Below the pieces are notes generated by a model. It was given only the letters and a program-made list of their open reading frames with translations, searched no databases and was not told where the DNA came from. A stretch of DNA of 54,215 bases from Defluviitaleaceae bacterium. GTDB taxonomy: Bacteria > Bacillota > Clostridia > Lachnospirales > WRAX01. Each line of letters begins with the position of its first letter. Positions within the stretch are counted from its first letter, which is position 1. The stretch spans positions 1-54,215 of the forward strand of contig WQZZ01000002.1 in the NCBI GenBank assembly GCA_009780485.1, given 5' to 3'. This document shows positions 17,390-25,596 of this stretch, piece after piece. Both the position numbers and the translations under genes were made by a program.

Positions 17390-18523
17390 TTAAATGGTTT
17401 GGGGATGCAGGTTGTTTTGTGACTGTAGATGGTTTTGTGGATGTGGATGGTTTTGTTGTGTACGCTGGATGAGGGATGAGGGATGTTGTATTAGGGGCGT
17501 TTGCTTAGTCTGCTTTTCTGTCCCCTGCTCCCTGTCCTTGCTCCTCAACAACGAATGAATGTATTGTGCAGACAAAAAACCACAAGCTTTTATGGTTTCC
17601 ATGATTAGAGCAACTTTCTTACTAAAGCCCATAACCTTATACGAACGCATGAGCTGACAAACTGTGTCCGCTACCTGACGAAGCTCATCAATGCTTGCAG
17701 GTAATACCGCCCTCATCTTGTGCATAGCAAAGATTATTGCATGGGTGGTCTTTGTATCGGCTTCTTTTGTTGGTCGGCGTTCGTGCAGTTTGAAATCTAC
17801 GTTGGCTATACCAAAAGGGATTGAAATGTTATTGCCATCTAAAATAAAACTCACCATGTCATTGATGCGTGGATTTTTGGCTAGGGAGTTAATCATACTC
17901 ACAACTGAACGTCTTGACTTGCAAACCCAGCCCATTACAGTTTCAATTCGTAAATTTATTGACGAGTAACCTTTGTGGTAATTCATTAGCTTGATGATGT
18001 TTAAGATGATTATTTTTTGACTTTTCGACAGCTTGTGGAAAGCTGGTCTATGTAGTATTTCGTAGTTTACGTTTAGGTATGGTTTGTTCTTGTATTCTTG
18101 GGGGTCGATATTGTTAGGGTTGATGTTGTTTGGGTCGGCATCCGCTTGTATGGGCGTGAAATTATTGTCAACAAATTTTAGTGACCAATAACCGTAGTGC
18201 CAAGTTTCCCCTTCGCCATAACCATTGTCGTAGCTACGGCCAAGAGTGTAGTCAACACCTCTCCCATCCACGTCAACCACATCACTTGTACGGATAATGT
18301 CCCTATCAAATTTAAGTTCAATAACTCCTATGCTTGCCAAACGGTCAAGGCCTTTATAAAAGCTCGAAACCGACATACCCAAGGTATCAACTGCACGCTT
18401 GTAATGGACACCACAAACAAGCCCGCAATCATCTTGATATTGGGCTAGGTATATGGCTAATGAGATGTCTTTGCCTGTGGCAAAGTTCATCAGCTTGTCC
18501 AAGTTGTGCAAGGCTAGTTTCAT
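17390..18523 (-). CDS. putative replication-initiator-like protein with two winged-helix-like segments
   Basis: N-terminus (DISLAIYLAQYQDDCGLVCGVHYKRAVDTLGMSVSSFYKGLDRLASIGVIEL) resembles RepA_N/wHTH initiators. A second similar segment is LSKSQKIIILNIIKLM ... SRRSVVSMINSLAKN. Q/H/P/N-rich tail. Confidence 0.4.
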   Translation of the reverse strand: MKLALHNLDKLMNFATGKDISLAIYLAQYQDDCGLVCGVHYKRAVDTLGMSVSSFYKGLDRLASIGVIELKFDRDIIRTSDVVDVDGRGVDYTLGRSYDNGYGEGETWHYGYWSLKFVDNNFTPIQADADPNNINPNNIDPQEYKNKPYLNVNYEILHRPAFHKLSKSQKIIILNIIKLMNYHKGYSSINLRIETVMGWVCKSRRSVVSMINSLAKNPRINDMVSFILDGNNISIPFGIANVDFKLHERRPTKEADTKTTHAIIFAMHKMRAVLPASIDELRQVADTVCQLMRSYKVMGFSKKVALIMETIKACGFLSAQYIHSLLRSKDREQGTEKQTKQTPLIQHPSSLIQRTQQNHPHPQNHLQSQNNLHPQTI

Positions 18524-18630
18524 TTTTCACCTCGTGAAATTTTGAAATTTTAGATTTATGAAGCCTAAATTTATGTATTTGAAATCTTAAATTTGTGTTT
18601 GAAATTTCTAAATCTTTGTCTTGTAATTTT

Positions 18631-19641
18631 TCAGCTTCTGGACTTAATCGCTTCCTTGATAAATGTTGCAACCATCACCGTCATAACGTAGCTATCCAAC
18701 ACACATTTTTTGAACACTCCGACAACTAAGATAAAAAATGTTGCAAATATAATCCTAATAATACCATCGGTAAATATGCCGTAAGGTACACCAGCGGACA
18801 GGACAGACACACCGTTCCAAAGTAGCATCGCACCAATAGCATAAAAACCTAATGACACCATCAAGGAGTGCATGGTCGCCAATACTGCTTGCCTTGTCAT
18901 GGCTTTACCACCTCGTGCGTAAGAAGCAACTACCAACTTTATACTTTCTGGCAAACTTAAATTTGGTCGTAAGAATACATAAGCGAGGCAACATTCATCA
19001 ATATATCTAATCAGTTTACTTGTAAACATCCTAGCTGGCAGACTTAGCACACCCAGTCCTGACGTTGTTCTTTGGACAACGGGTCTTAGAGCAACCACAG
19101 CTTGATGCACAACCTTATCAGCTACAAAAAATAAATTAGCTGTCGCAAATTTATTTTTTGCTTGGGTTATGCCGTAGGTGAGTTGGTTTAGAGAGGTGGT
19201 GTGCAATACGTCAACGGCTTTGGTTGATGTGGTGTTGGTGGTGATGGATTGATTGTGGGTGGTGTCTGTAATAGGCGGGACTGTGGTGGGTGTAATGTCC
19301 TCGGATACAATCTTAACAATTGTGGCGATATGACCGACCTGAACCATATACCGTAAATATTTTTTCAAAATAAAAGCCAGCGGGGGCAGGGTAACAATTA
19401 TTAGAACGAAGCCCCATATTGCATGACGACCAACATCAAGCCACACATTCCAATCGCTCAATATTCTAAAATCGCTCCATAAATTGGTGGCTTCTGACAT
19501 GGATGTGATACCGTTAGCGATAAGCACTAGAAGGATAACCACATAAATAACGAATAACAACCGCAAACCCAACTTGACCCACGTAAAAGGCAAGGTCTGC
19601 TTGAAAATTTGGGGTGGGGTTATTGAATTGGCTTTTGACAT
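18631..19641 (-). CDS. polytopic membrane protein, unknown function
   Basis: ATG 19641 follows ACGGAGG; the track start at 19680 lacks an RBS. Several hydrophobic helices and a central T/P/N-rich linker. Confidence 0.55.
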   Translation of the reverse strand: MSKANSITPPQIFKQTLPFTWVKLGLRLLFVIYVVILLVLIANGITSMSEATNLWSDFRILSDWNVWLDVGRHAIWGFVLIIVTLPPLAFILKKYLRYMVQVGHIATIVKIVSEDITPTTVPPITDTTHNQSITTNTTSTKAVDVLHTTSLNQLTYGITQAKNKFATANLFFVADKVVHQAVVALRPVVQRTTSGLGVLSLPARMFTSKLIRYIDECCLAYVFLRPNLSLPESIKLVVASYARGGKAMTRQAVLATMHSLMVSLGFYAIGAMLLWNGVSVLSAGVPYGIFTDGIIRIIFATFFILVVGVFKKCVLDSYVMTVMVATFIKEAIKSRS

Positions 19642-19689
19642 AATGACCTCCGTAATTATTGTTTGATTTTTTATCGTCATTAGTTTTTA

Positions 19690-20168
19690 ATTTTTCGTCA
19701 TCTGGACGCTGACTTTATTTCTCACCCAGTCAATTTTCGTCTGGTTGATATTTCTGGAGTGTCGTTTGTTTGGTGGCTCGTGACAAGGTTGTAACGTGGT
19801 GGCAACAGACAAAAAGGTTACTGTCAATAAGTGGTAAAACATGGTCATATTTCGCTGTTTTAACTTTGGCAAGCAGTGTATCGTGGGACTGTCGTCCCTC
19901 GATACCCGCTTGTTGGGGCTACGCCCCAAGCCCCAAAACCGAAAGCACTCGCTACGCTCGGCTTTCAAAAAACAGTCGTTTGCCTGTGGCTTGCTCTCCG
20001 AAGTGCAAGACCAAATCCCAAGACAAAAGTGCAAGACCAAAGACCATGACGGCAATTAAAATTTCATCACAAAAATTTAGTTATAAGACCAAATTTAATT
20101 CACAAATTTTGTACGTGGTGAAAGAAAAATTATAAGACCAATTACAAGACCAAAGCACATGACCACCA
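19690..20168. other. ~480-bp non-coding region with iteron-like repeats and GC-rich hairpins (candidate oriT and/or replication origin)
   Basis: AAGTGCAAGACCAAA at 20001-20015 and 20027-20041. TTATAAGACCAA at 20081-20092 and 20130-20141. CAAGACCAAA again at 20145-20154. Hairpins at 19878-19905, 19913-19929 and 19941-19966. AT-rich block at 20050-20130. Confidence 0.45.
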
Positions 20169-21647
20169 TTAGCGACCATGTGTGCCGTGGTTGATATTAG
20201 GCATCGGCATATCACGGTTAGGGTTATTGAGTAGTGATATGCTAACGGCTTTTGCCTTTGTTAATTCTCGTGATTGACTGGATAAATTTTTATGAGTAGT
20301 GGAGTGTTTGGCTCGTTGCTTTTGTAGTGTTGCACGTTCTGCTTGTAGGTCTTTAGGATGAGGGACCGGCTTGCCTTTTGACTTGCCGTAGCCATTAGTT
20401 GTAAAATAATTTATAGCAGCTTGACGGCGTGCTAAAGTTGATGGGTCGGTTGTGTTAGCACCCTCATTATAATTTCGTATCTCGACCAATAGTTGATTGA
20501 CTTCTTCTATTCGCTTGTCAACTTTAACTAGAGCATCGCCCACTAAATCTTGCTTGTGTTGTACTGCTTGCAACTGCCCATCCAGCTTGTCCATGGTGTC
20601 AATGTTTTGTTGGTTGAGGTAGGACAGGGTATTGATTGCGTCCCTGTTTTTGAAACCAGCGTCTAGTTGTGCATGGATGATGGATTGCATCTGGGTTAGG
20701 AAGTCTTGGGGTTGGTATTGGTGGGTGTTGTCATCTTGGTATGATTGTTGCTTAGTGTCAACATCTTGGTGGACTTGGTGTGCAACCTGTATCTTCGCAT
20801 CATCATGTGACGGCGAGGATGCAGGTTGTGTCTGATGATGTTGGCTGGCAATCTTGGCTTCGATGTTTGACAACCCATAACCCTCACCCAAAGACTTTTC
20901 TGTTAGGCGTACTGGTTGCTTAAAATCATTATGGGACAAGGAAATATTTTTGCCCCTTTGCTTGGATGACCAGCCAAAGTCGGACTTCAAAACCGATAAA
21001 AACTCTTTTAAGTTTTTGGGTTGGTGCTTATGTAGTGCCAAGTCAATATTGGCACGCAGTACATCACGATTTGAAAGATGGGCGTACTTTTTGACTTGGT
21101 AGGATTGCATGGTCTGCTCCCTACTGGATGACCTCTGACTGGGCTTTTCAATGATAGACAAACCATTCTCCAAGCAGAGGTAATCACTAACTTTTCGCAA
21201 TGCCATTGCGGAGAATGAGAAGTCGTGAAACTTCCTATCAGCATCCAACTGCACCGCATTAAAATAAATATGGTTATGTATATGACCACGGTCAACGTGA
21301 GTGCCGACCACAAAGGCATGATTATTTTTAGTAAATTTTAATGCTGTTTCATAACCAATGCGGTTGGCATCTTCTGGACTTATTTCCCCTGGCTTGAAGG
21401 ATTGTTTAAGGTGATACAAAAGCACATCTTTGTCAACTGGAAGATGTCGCCCACCCCCGTTGTGATATTGGGCTTTGGTTTGCAGAAACTGACTGGATGC
21501 AGTTTCTGGTGTACAGCCATGAACGGACACAAGGCGACCGCTGTCTGTCTTGTTGGGGTTGATACCGTAATTGATACAGTCACTCATGGTGCGGGTTGCG
21601 GATTTGCCTCTGGATGCTTTGATTGATGAAATGTTTGTCCATGCCAT
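20169..21647 (-). CDS. relaxase/mobilisation nuclease domain protein (MobA/VirD2-type)
   Basis: N-terminal relaxase domain with histidine triad VGTHVDRGHIHNHIYFNAV. Long Q/H/D-rich linker and coiled C-terminal part. Confidence 0.85.
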   Translation of the reverse strand: MAWTNISSIKASRGKSATRTMSDCINYGINPNKTDSGRLVSVHGCTPETASSQFLQTKAQYHNGGGRHLPVDKDVLLYHLKQSFKPGEISPEDANRIGYETALKFTKNNHAFVVGTHVDRGHIHNHIYFNAVQLDADRKFHDFSFSAMALRKVSDYLCLENGLSIIEKPSQRSSSREQTMQSYQVKKYAHLSNRDVLRANIDLALHKHQPKNLKEFLSVLKSDFGWSSKQRGKNISLSHNDFKQPVRLTEKSLGEGYGLSNIEAKIASQHHQTQPASSPSHDDAKIQVAHQVHQDVDTKQQSYQDDNTHQYQPQDFLTQMQSIIHAQLDAGFKNRDAINTLSYLNQQNIDTMDKLDGQLQAVQHKQDLVGDALVKVDKRIEEVNQLLVEIRNYNEGANTTDPSTLARRQAAINYFTTNGYGKSKGKPVPHPKDLQAERATLQKQRAKHSTTHKNLSSQSRELTKAKAVSISLLNNPNRDMPMPNINHGTHGR

Positions 21648-21712
21648 CAGTCGTATCCTGTAGGTTCGTCATCATGAACCTCACCATCAAACTCTACGTT
21701 ATGTTTTTTCAT
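21647..21712 (-). CDS. 21-aa small ORF translationally coupled to the relaxase
   Basis: GAGGAGG RBS, ATG 21712, MKKHNVEFDGEVHDDEPTGYD, and a stop overlapping the relaxase ATG (ATGA). Below the ORF-track cutoff. Confidence 0.35.
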   Translation of the reverse strand: MKKHNVEFDGEVHDDEPTGYD

Positions 21713-21727
21713 CAGTCCTCCTCATCA

Positions 21728-23437
21728 TCAGTCCTCCCCCTCATCGTCATACCCAATCCAAGCAAATATAAATGGATTAAAGTGTGTCCTATTACCAAGA
21801 ACATTTGCACGAATAACCTCAAAATGCAAATGTGGTCCCGTGGATGCTCCTGTGCTACCTACCGTGCCGATGGGGTCGCCCATTTCTACTTCCTGTCCGA
21901 CATAGACAGATATTTCGTGTAAGTGGGCATATCTGGTATGTATCATATACGGCAGTCGTGGAGGAAATAACCTTGCGGGTATATAGTGAGTTATTTCTAT
22001 CCAGTTACCAAAACCACCTGCTTGATATTCGGCTCTAGTAACCGTACCGTCTTGACTGGCTATAACTGGCGTGCCTGTAGGTCTGGCTATGTCTATTCCA
22101 CGGTGCATCTGTCTTGTTCCTGTAAACGGGTCTAAACGCCACCCAAAGCGACTGGACACGAACCCATCCCAGCGGAAGTCGAAGGGCGAACCTACAAACT
22201 GGCGGTTGCCATGCCCCATTTCCAAAAACATATCAAAATGTTCTTCTTGGTCTGCACCTTCTTCGGTGTCTGGGTTTGTAGCAAACATCTCCCTGAAAAT
22301 ATCTTCCATGGATGTTGTGTCAAGAAATATGTAAATGAAATGCCATTCGTATTCAATGATGACGGTTTCTTCCCATTCAACCCATACCATATATGAAATC
22401 CAATGCTCACCACCGTCACCATCGTATTCATACCATCCGTGGTCTTGGTATTCACCGAAGGTCATAATTACTGTTTGAGTTCGTATTTCGTAGAATGTTT
22501 CGGTTGTGATTTGGTATTGCATATCTATCATTGCAAATATTGCTGGGCGTATTTGCGGATAGAATATTTGGTCGTGGAGAATCGCTGTAAAACCTGACAA
22601 TAGCATATGGGGGCAGTGGTTGATTGCTTGGATTAAAGGAGTAACCAATATTCTAATGGCATCCCCTCCGAAAGTTTCCCCTATTGTGACAGCACCATCT
22701 TCTAAAGTCCATTGGGAGGCAAGGCGGGCTTGTTCGCTACCATTCAAGAATGATGCAGCTTCATTAAAACCAGAAACGTCCATGCTTAATAGGTACTCCT
22801 TTATCTCAACCTCACCTTCGGTATAGGCTATGGTTGTGTTGTTTAGGTCGTCATCATCAGCAAGAAAGCTGGTTGCAGCGATTATCGTTGCAAAGCCGAT
22901 AATCATTGATATAATGGCAAGGACTACGATTATGGCTACCACCGCCATCACAAGAAACCCAAGAACCATTAAAACATAGGGGTTGGTAAGGGATGCTTGT
23001 CCTAACCTTCGGAGCATCCTGCCAACACCCCGCAATGATAGTCTAAACCAGTTGCGGGGGTTAAACATATGGATGCTGGAGGGATTAAGGGCAATTCTTG
23101 CCCTTTGTTGAACCATACGCATCTTTGCCTTACGTTTCATTGCCATTCTTGCCTTTTGCACTTCTTGGCTTGACTTGCCGAATTTGCTTTCAAGTCCTGT
23201 AATCCTAGATTTATCACGGCTATCCCTAAGCTTCATGCCAAGGTTTTGCCCAGCAGACCTGCCAACCCTATAGCCTTTTCTGGTGGTATTTTGACCATGC
23301 TTTGCAAAGTCATCTTCTTCATCGCCTGTGTCGGGCATACCGCCAGAAAGGGTGGTTCTGGATGCTTGGGATATGAAGTTTGAGAGGTAGGGGGAGGTTG
23401 GGGTTATTTTGTTATCATTGTCATTACTGATTTTCAT
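21728..23437 (-). CDS. membrane-anchored M23-family metallopeptidase (conjugation cell-wall hydrolase)
   Basis: Central TM region (PYVLMVLGFLVMAVVAIIVVLAIISMIIGF). C-terminal M23 motifs HRGIDIARPTGTPV ... GSTGASTGPHLHFEV. Confidence 0.85.
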   Translation of the reverse strand: MKISNDNDNKITPTSPYLSNFISQASRTTLSGGMPDTGDEEDDFAKHGQNTTRKGYRVGRSAGQNLGMKLRDSRDKSRITGLESKFGKSSQEVQKARMAMKRKAKMRMVQQRARIALNPSSIHMFNPRNWFRLSLRGVGRMLRRLGQASLTNPYVLMVLGFLVMAVVAIIVVLAIISMIIGFATIIAATSFLADDDDLNNTTIAYTEGEVEIKEYLLSMDVSGFNEAASFLNGSEQARLASQWTLEDGAVTIGETFGGDAIRILVTPLIQAINHCPHMLLSGFTAILHDQIFYPQIRPAIFAMIDMQYQITTETFYEIRTQTVIMTFGEYQDHGWYEYDGDGGEHWISYMVWVEWEETVIIEYEWHFIYIFLDTTSMEDIFREMFATNPDTEEGADQEEHFDMFLEMGHGNRQFVGSPFDFRWDGFVSSRFGWRLDPFTGTRQMHRGIDIARPTGTPVIASQDGTVTRAEYQAGGFGNWIEITHYIPARLFPPRLPYMIHTRYAHLHEISVYVGQEVEMGDPIGTVGSTGASTGPHLHFEVIRANVLGNRTHFNPFIFAWIGYDDEGED

Positions 23438-23469
23438 AGATAGTCACCCCTCGTAATACATAGATAGTG

Positions 23470-23853
23470 TTATTGTGCTGATGTAACAATCCCTAAAAGC
23501 TTACTGACTTCTTTGGATAGTGCAACATAATCACCCCGCAAAGTATCCACATCCTTCAAAAGCATGGGCTGTTGACTGTTTACTGCCCTTGCAATCTGAT
23601 TAAGGTTGTTAGTGGCGTTTGACAGCAGAAATGTTAGTTGATTTATGCTGGATAAATCAATATCCAAGATAAAGCCTTGGTTTATTATCTCTCTGATAAA
23701 GTGGGAGCGATTTTTAGCCCCCACCTGTGCCATTCTCTCTAACAAAGCGGTTTTTTCTTCATCAGACATATATACCTTGATGCAATGTTGCTTGGTTTCG
23801 GGTTTTGTATCTGGCTTGGTTTCATGCTTTTCGCTTGACTTAGTTTCCATCAT
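23470..23853 (-). CDS. mobC: MobC-family relaxosome accessory protein
   Basis: IKVYMSDEEKTALLERMAQVGAKNRSHFIREIINQ (RHH-like) and NNLNQIARAVN are MobC hallmarks. Start at ATGATG 23853/23850 overlaps the upstream stop. The track N-terminal extension to 24153 is a shadow frame. Confidence 0.7.
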   Translation of the reverse strand: MMETKSSEKHETKPDTKPETKQHCIKVYMSDEEKTALLERMAQVGAKNRSHFIREIINQGFILDIDLSSINQLTFLLSNATNNLNQIARAVNSQQPMLLKDVDTLRGDYVALSKEVSKLLGIVTSAQ

Positions 23854-25282
23854 CAGCATCCATATCAACATCGGCATCTTCTGAATGGTAATCATGCTCG
23901 TTTTCGTTGTCATCGTCATGGCTACCGTGTTCATCATCGAATAAATCGTCTGCACTTTCTGGGTCGTTGCGGTCTGAATGGGTGTGGTCTTCTTGGTTGT
24001 TGGTTTCTTGGTTGGAGTTGTAATGACCGTCAGCATCACCATCGCCCTCATAATGACCACCTTCACCATCGCTTTCAAACTCATCCCCAAAATCACCGTC
24101 AAACTCATCACCGAAACCATCTTCACCATCGACAAAGCCACCAACTCCAGCATTACGCTTTTTCTGGCGGGATTTAATCATAAAGAAAAATCCAATGCTC
24201 ATAGCACCCAGCATAACTAGCAAAGATACAGCACTCATGCCGACCCTGCCACTGCCTGTATCGTGATATATGACTTCTTGACCAGTAACAACTTGAATCT
24301 GTTGACTATTGGCAATACCCGCCCCATGTCCAGCTTGTATGCCACCAAATCCTAACATTCCGCCTTGCTGTATGCTGGCTTCGTCACCAGCTTCCCAAGC
24401 TAAAGACATTAAATAAAATTCTGTAACAGGGGCTAAGAAATATACATTGTCTGCATCTCTTGCCCTGTCTATGATTAGAAAGAATGTATTACCTGCTTGG
24501 CTGTTAATTGTAATGAACTCCATATCTCCTACCATGATAGTGTCCACTAGCTCACCGCCACCGTCTGGGGTTAGTGGGCTTGGGGTTTGCTCTGTTCTTG
24601 GTAGAATTACTTGACCGTTTGTTGTGGGTAGGTCTGGTAGGTGTCGGGGTTCTGACTGAGTTACGTTCGGCTGTATATTATTGTTATCAGTGTCATTATT
24701 ATTGTTGTAGTCATCATAAGCACCGTTGTTTTCCCATTCGGATGAGGTAATGCCAAGGGCATCAAAAAACCACTCTGGAGGCAATTCGTCTGGCAGGGCT
24801 GATGTTTCTGCTTGGTATGTTACTCCAGTGGATGCTTGGGGGATGGAATTATCTGTGGTTGCTGTGCTTGTAGTGCCTGCACCGTTACTGAGTTGTCCAT
24901 TTGACACAGATGCTTGACTATTGTTTTCAAGACTTGATACAGGGGTAATGGACAAGATGTTTAATGGGGTGTGGTTTATGGCATTGCGTCCATCACTTGT
25001 GCTGTTGACGTTATTGCTGTCATTGTAGGTGTTTTGTTGGGAAGTATTAGCCTCCAAACTTTCGCCAAAAACTACCAACGAAAACGAAAGCGATAACCGT
25101 ACGATAAGCCAACATACCAAAAACATAATTGACAGAGCCGTTATAACCCCAAAAACGCATACTTTGGTTTCCTCTGATGTTGTTGCACGTTTTAATGTTG
25201 CACGTTTTGATGACGGCATTGCAGATACCATCGGAAATCTCGATATGTAAGTGTTAGTTGAATATTTGTCATTTTTAACCAT
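23840..25282 (-). CDS. DUF4366-like (CD1107-family) membrane-anchored mobile-element protein with acidic/His-rich tail
   Basis: AGGAGGAAG RBS and N-terminal TM. Core EFITINSQAGNTFFLIIDRARDADNVYFLAPVTEFYLMSLA is the DUF4366 signature. Second TM, then a D/E/G/H-rich tail. Confidence 0.65.
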   Translation of the reverse strand: MVKNDKYSTNTYISRFPMVSAMPSSKRATLKRATTSEETKVCVFGVITALSIMFLVCWLIVRLSLSFSLVVFGESLEANTSQQNTYNDSNNVNSTSDGRNAINHTPLNILSITPVSSLENNSQASVSNGQLSNGAGTTSTATTDNSIPQASTGVTYQAETSALPDELPPEWFFDALGITSSEWENNGAYDDYNNNNDTDNNNIQPNVTQSEPRHLPDLPTTNGQVILPRTEQTPSPLTPDGGGELVDTIMVGDMEFITINSQAGNTFFLIIDRARDADNVYFLAPVTEFYLMSLAWEAGDEASIQQGGMLGFGGIQAGHGAGIANSQQIQVVTGQEVIYHDTGSGRVGMSAVSLLVMLGAMSIGFFFMIKSRQKKRNAGVGGFVDGEDGFGDEFDGDFGDEFESDGEGGHYEGDGDADGHYNSNQETNNQEDHTHSDRNDPESADDLFDDEHGSHDDDNENEHDYHSEDADVDMDADDGN

Positions 25283-25596
25283 TGCCTACTTCCTCCTAAG
25301 TCATTGAATTATGACGGAGTTTTCGGCACTCCATCACTCTAATTTATTTGTTCTTTTTCGTAAAAAAATATTGTAATTTTATATGTAAAACTCGTTATAT
25401 AACGCAATCATTTTTTATTAATTAGCATCAGCAGTTTTACAACCACCCCATATCTTCCCCAGAAATGAGGTGTCAGCCATGAGGTATTTGCCATTCAGAT
25501 GAATTGCGTTGGGGTGGTTGCCCTGCTGATTATTGCTAATTGTTACCGATTATTTCTGTTTGTTGTTGGCTTCCGTGAGTTTAATTACGGAAGGTA

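Noticed and set aside
19687-20135. ORFs 19687-20055 (minus) and 19770-20135 / 19841-20059 (plus)
   Set aside because: They lie entirely within the repeat/hairpin-rich non-coding island and mutually overlap. They lack RBS and have Cys/Arg/Ser-rich improbable sequences.
21650-21682. TATCCTGT hexamer-containing site plus 6-bp inverted repeat (AGGTTC/GAACCT) at the relaxase 5' end as an RP4-like nic site
   Set aside because: An ATCCTG hexamer is expected by chance, and the repeat lies on the wrong side relative to canonical IR-then-nic geometry. It is kept only as a fallback oriT candidate.
23854-24153. N-terminal 100 aa of the track ORF 23470-24153
   Set aside because: It is an out-of-frame shadow of the acidic tail of the DUF4366 gene (M/T/V/K-rich). 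The MobC similarity begins only after the ATG at 23853/23850.
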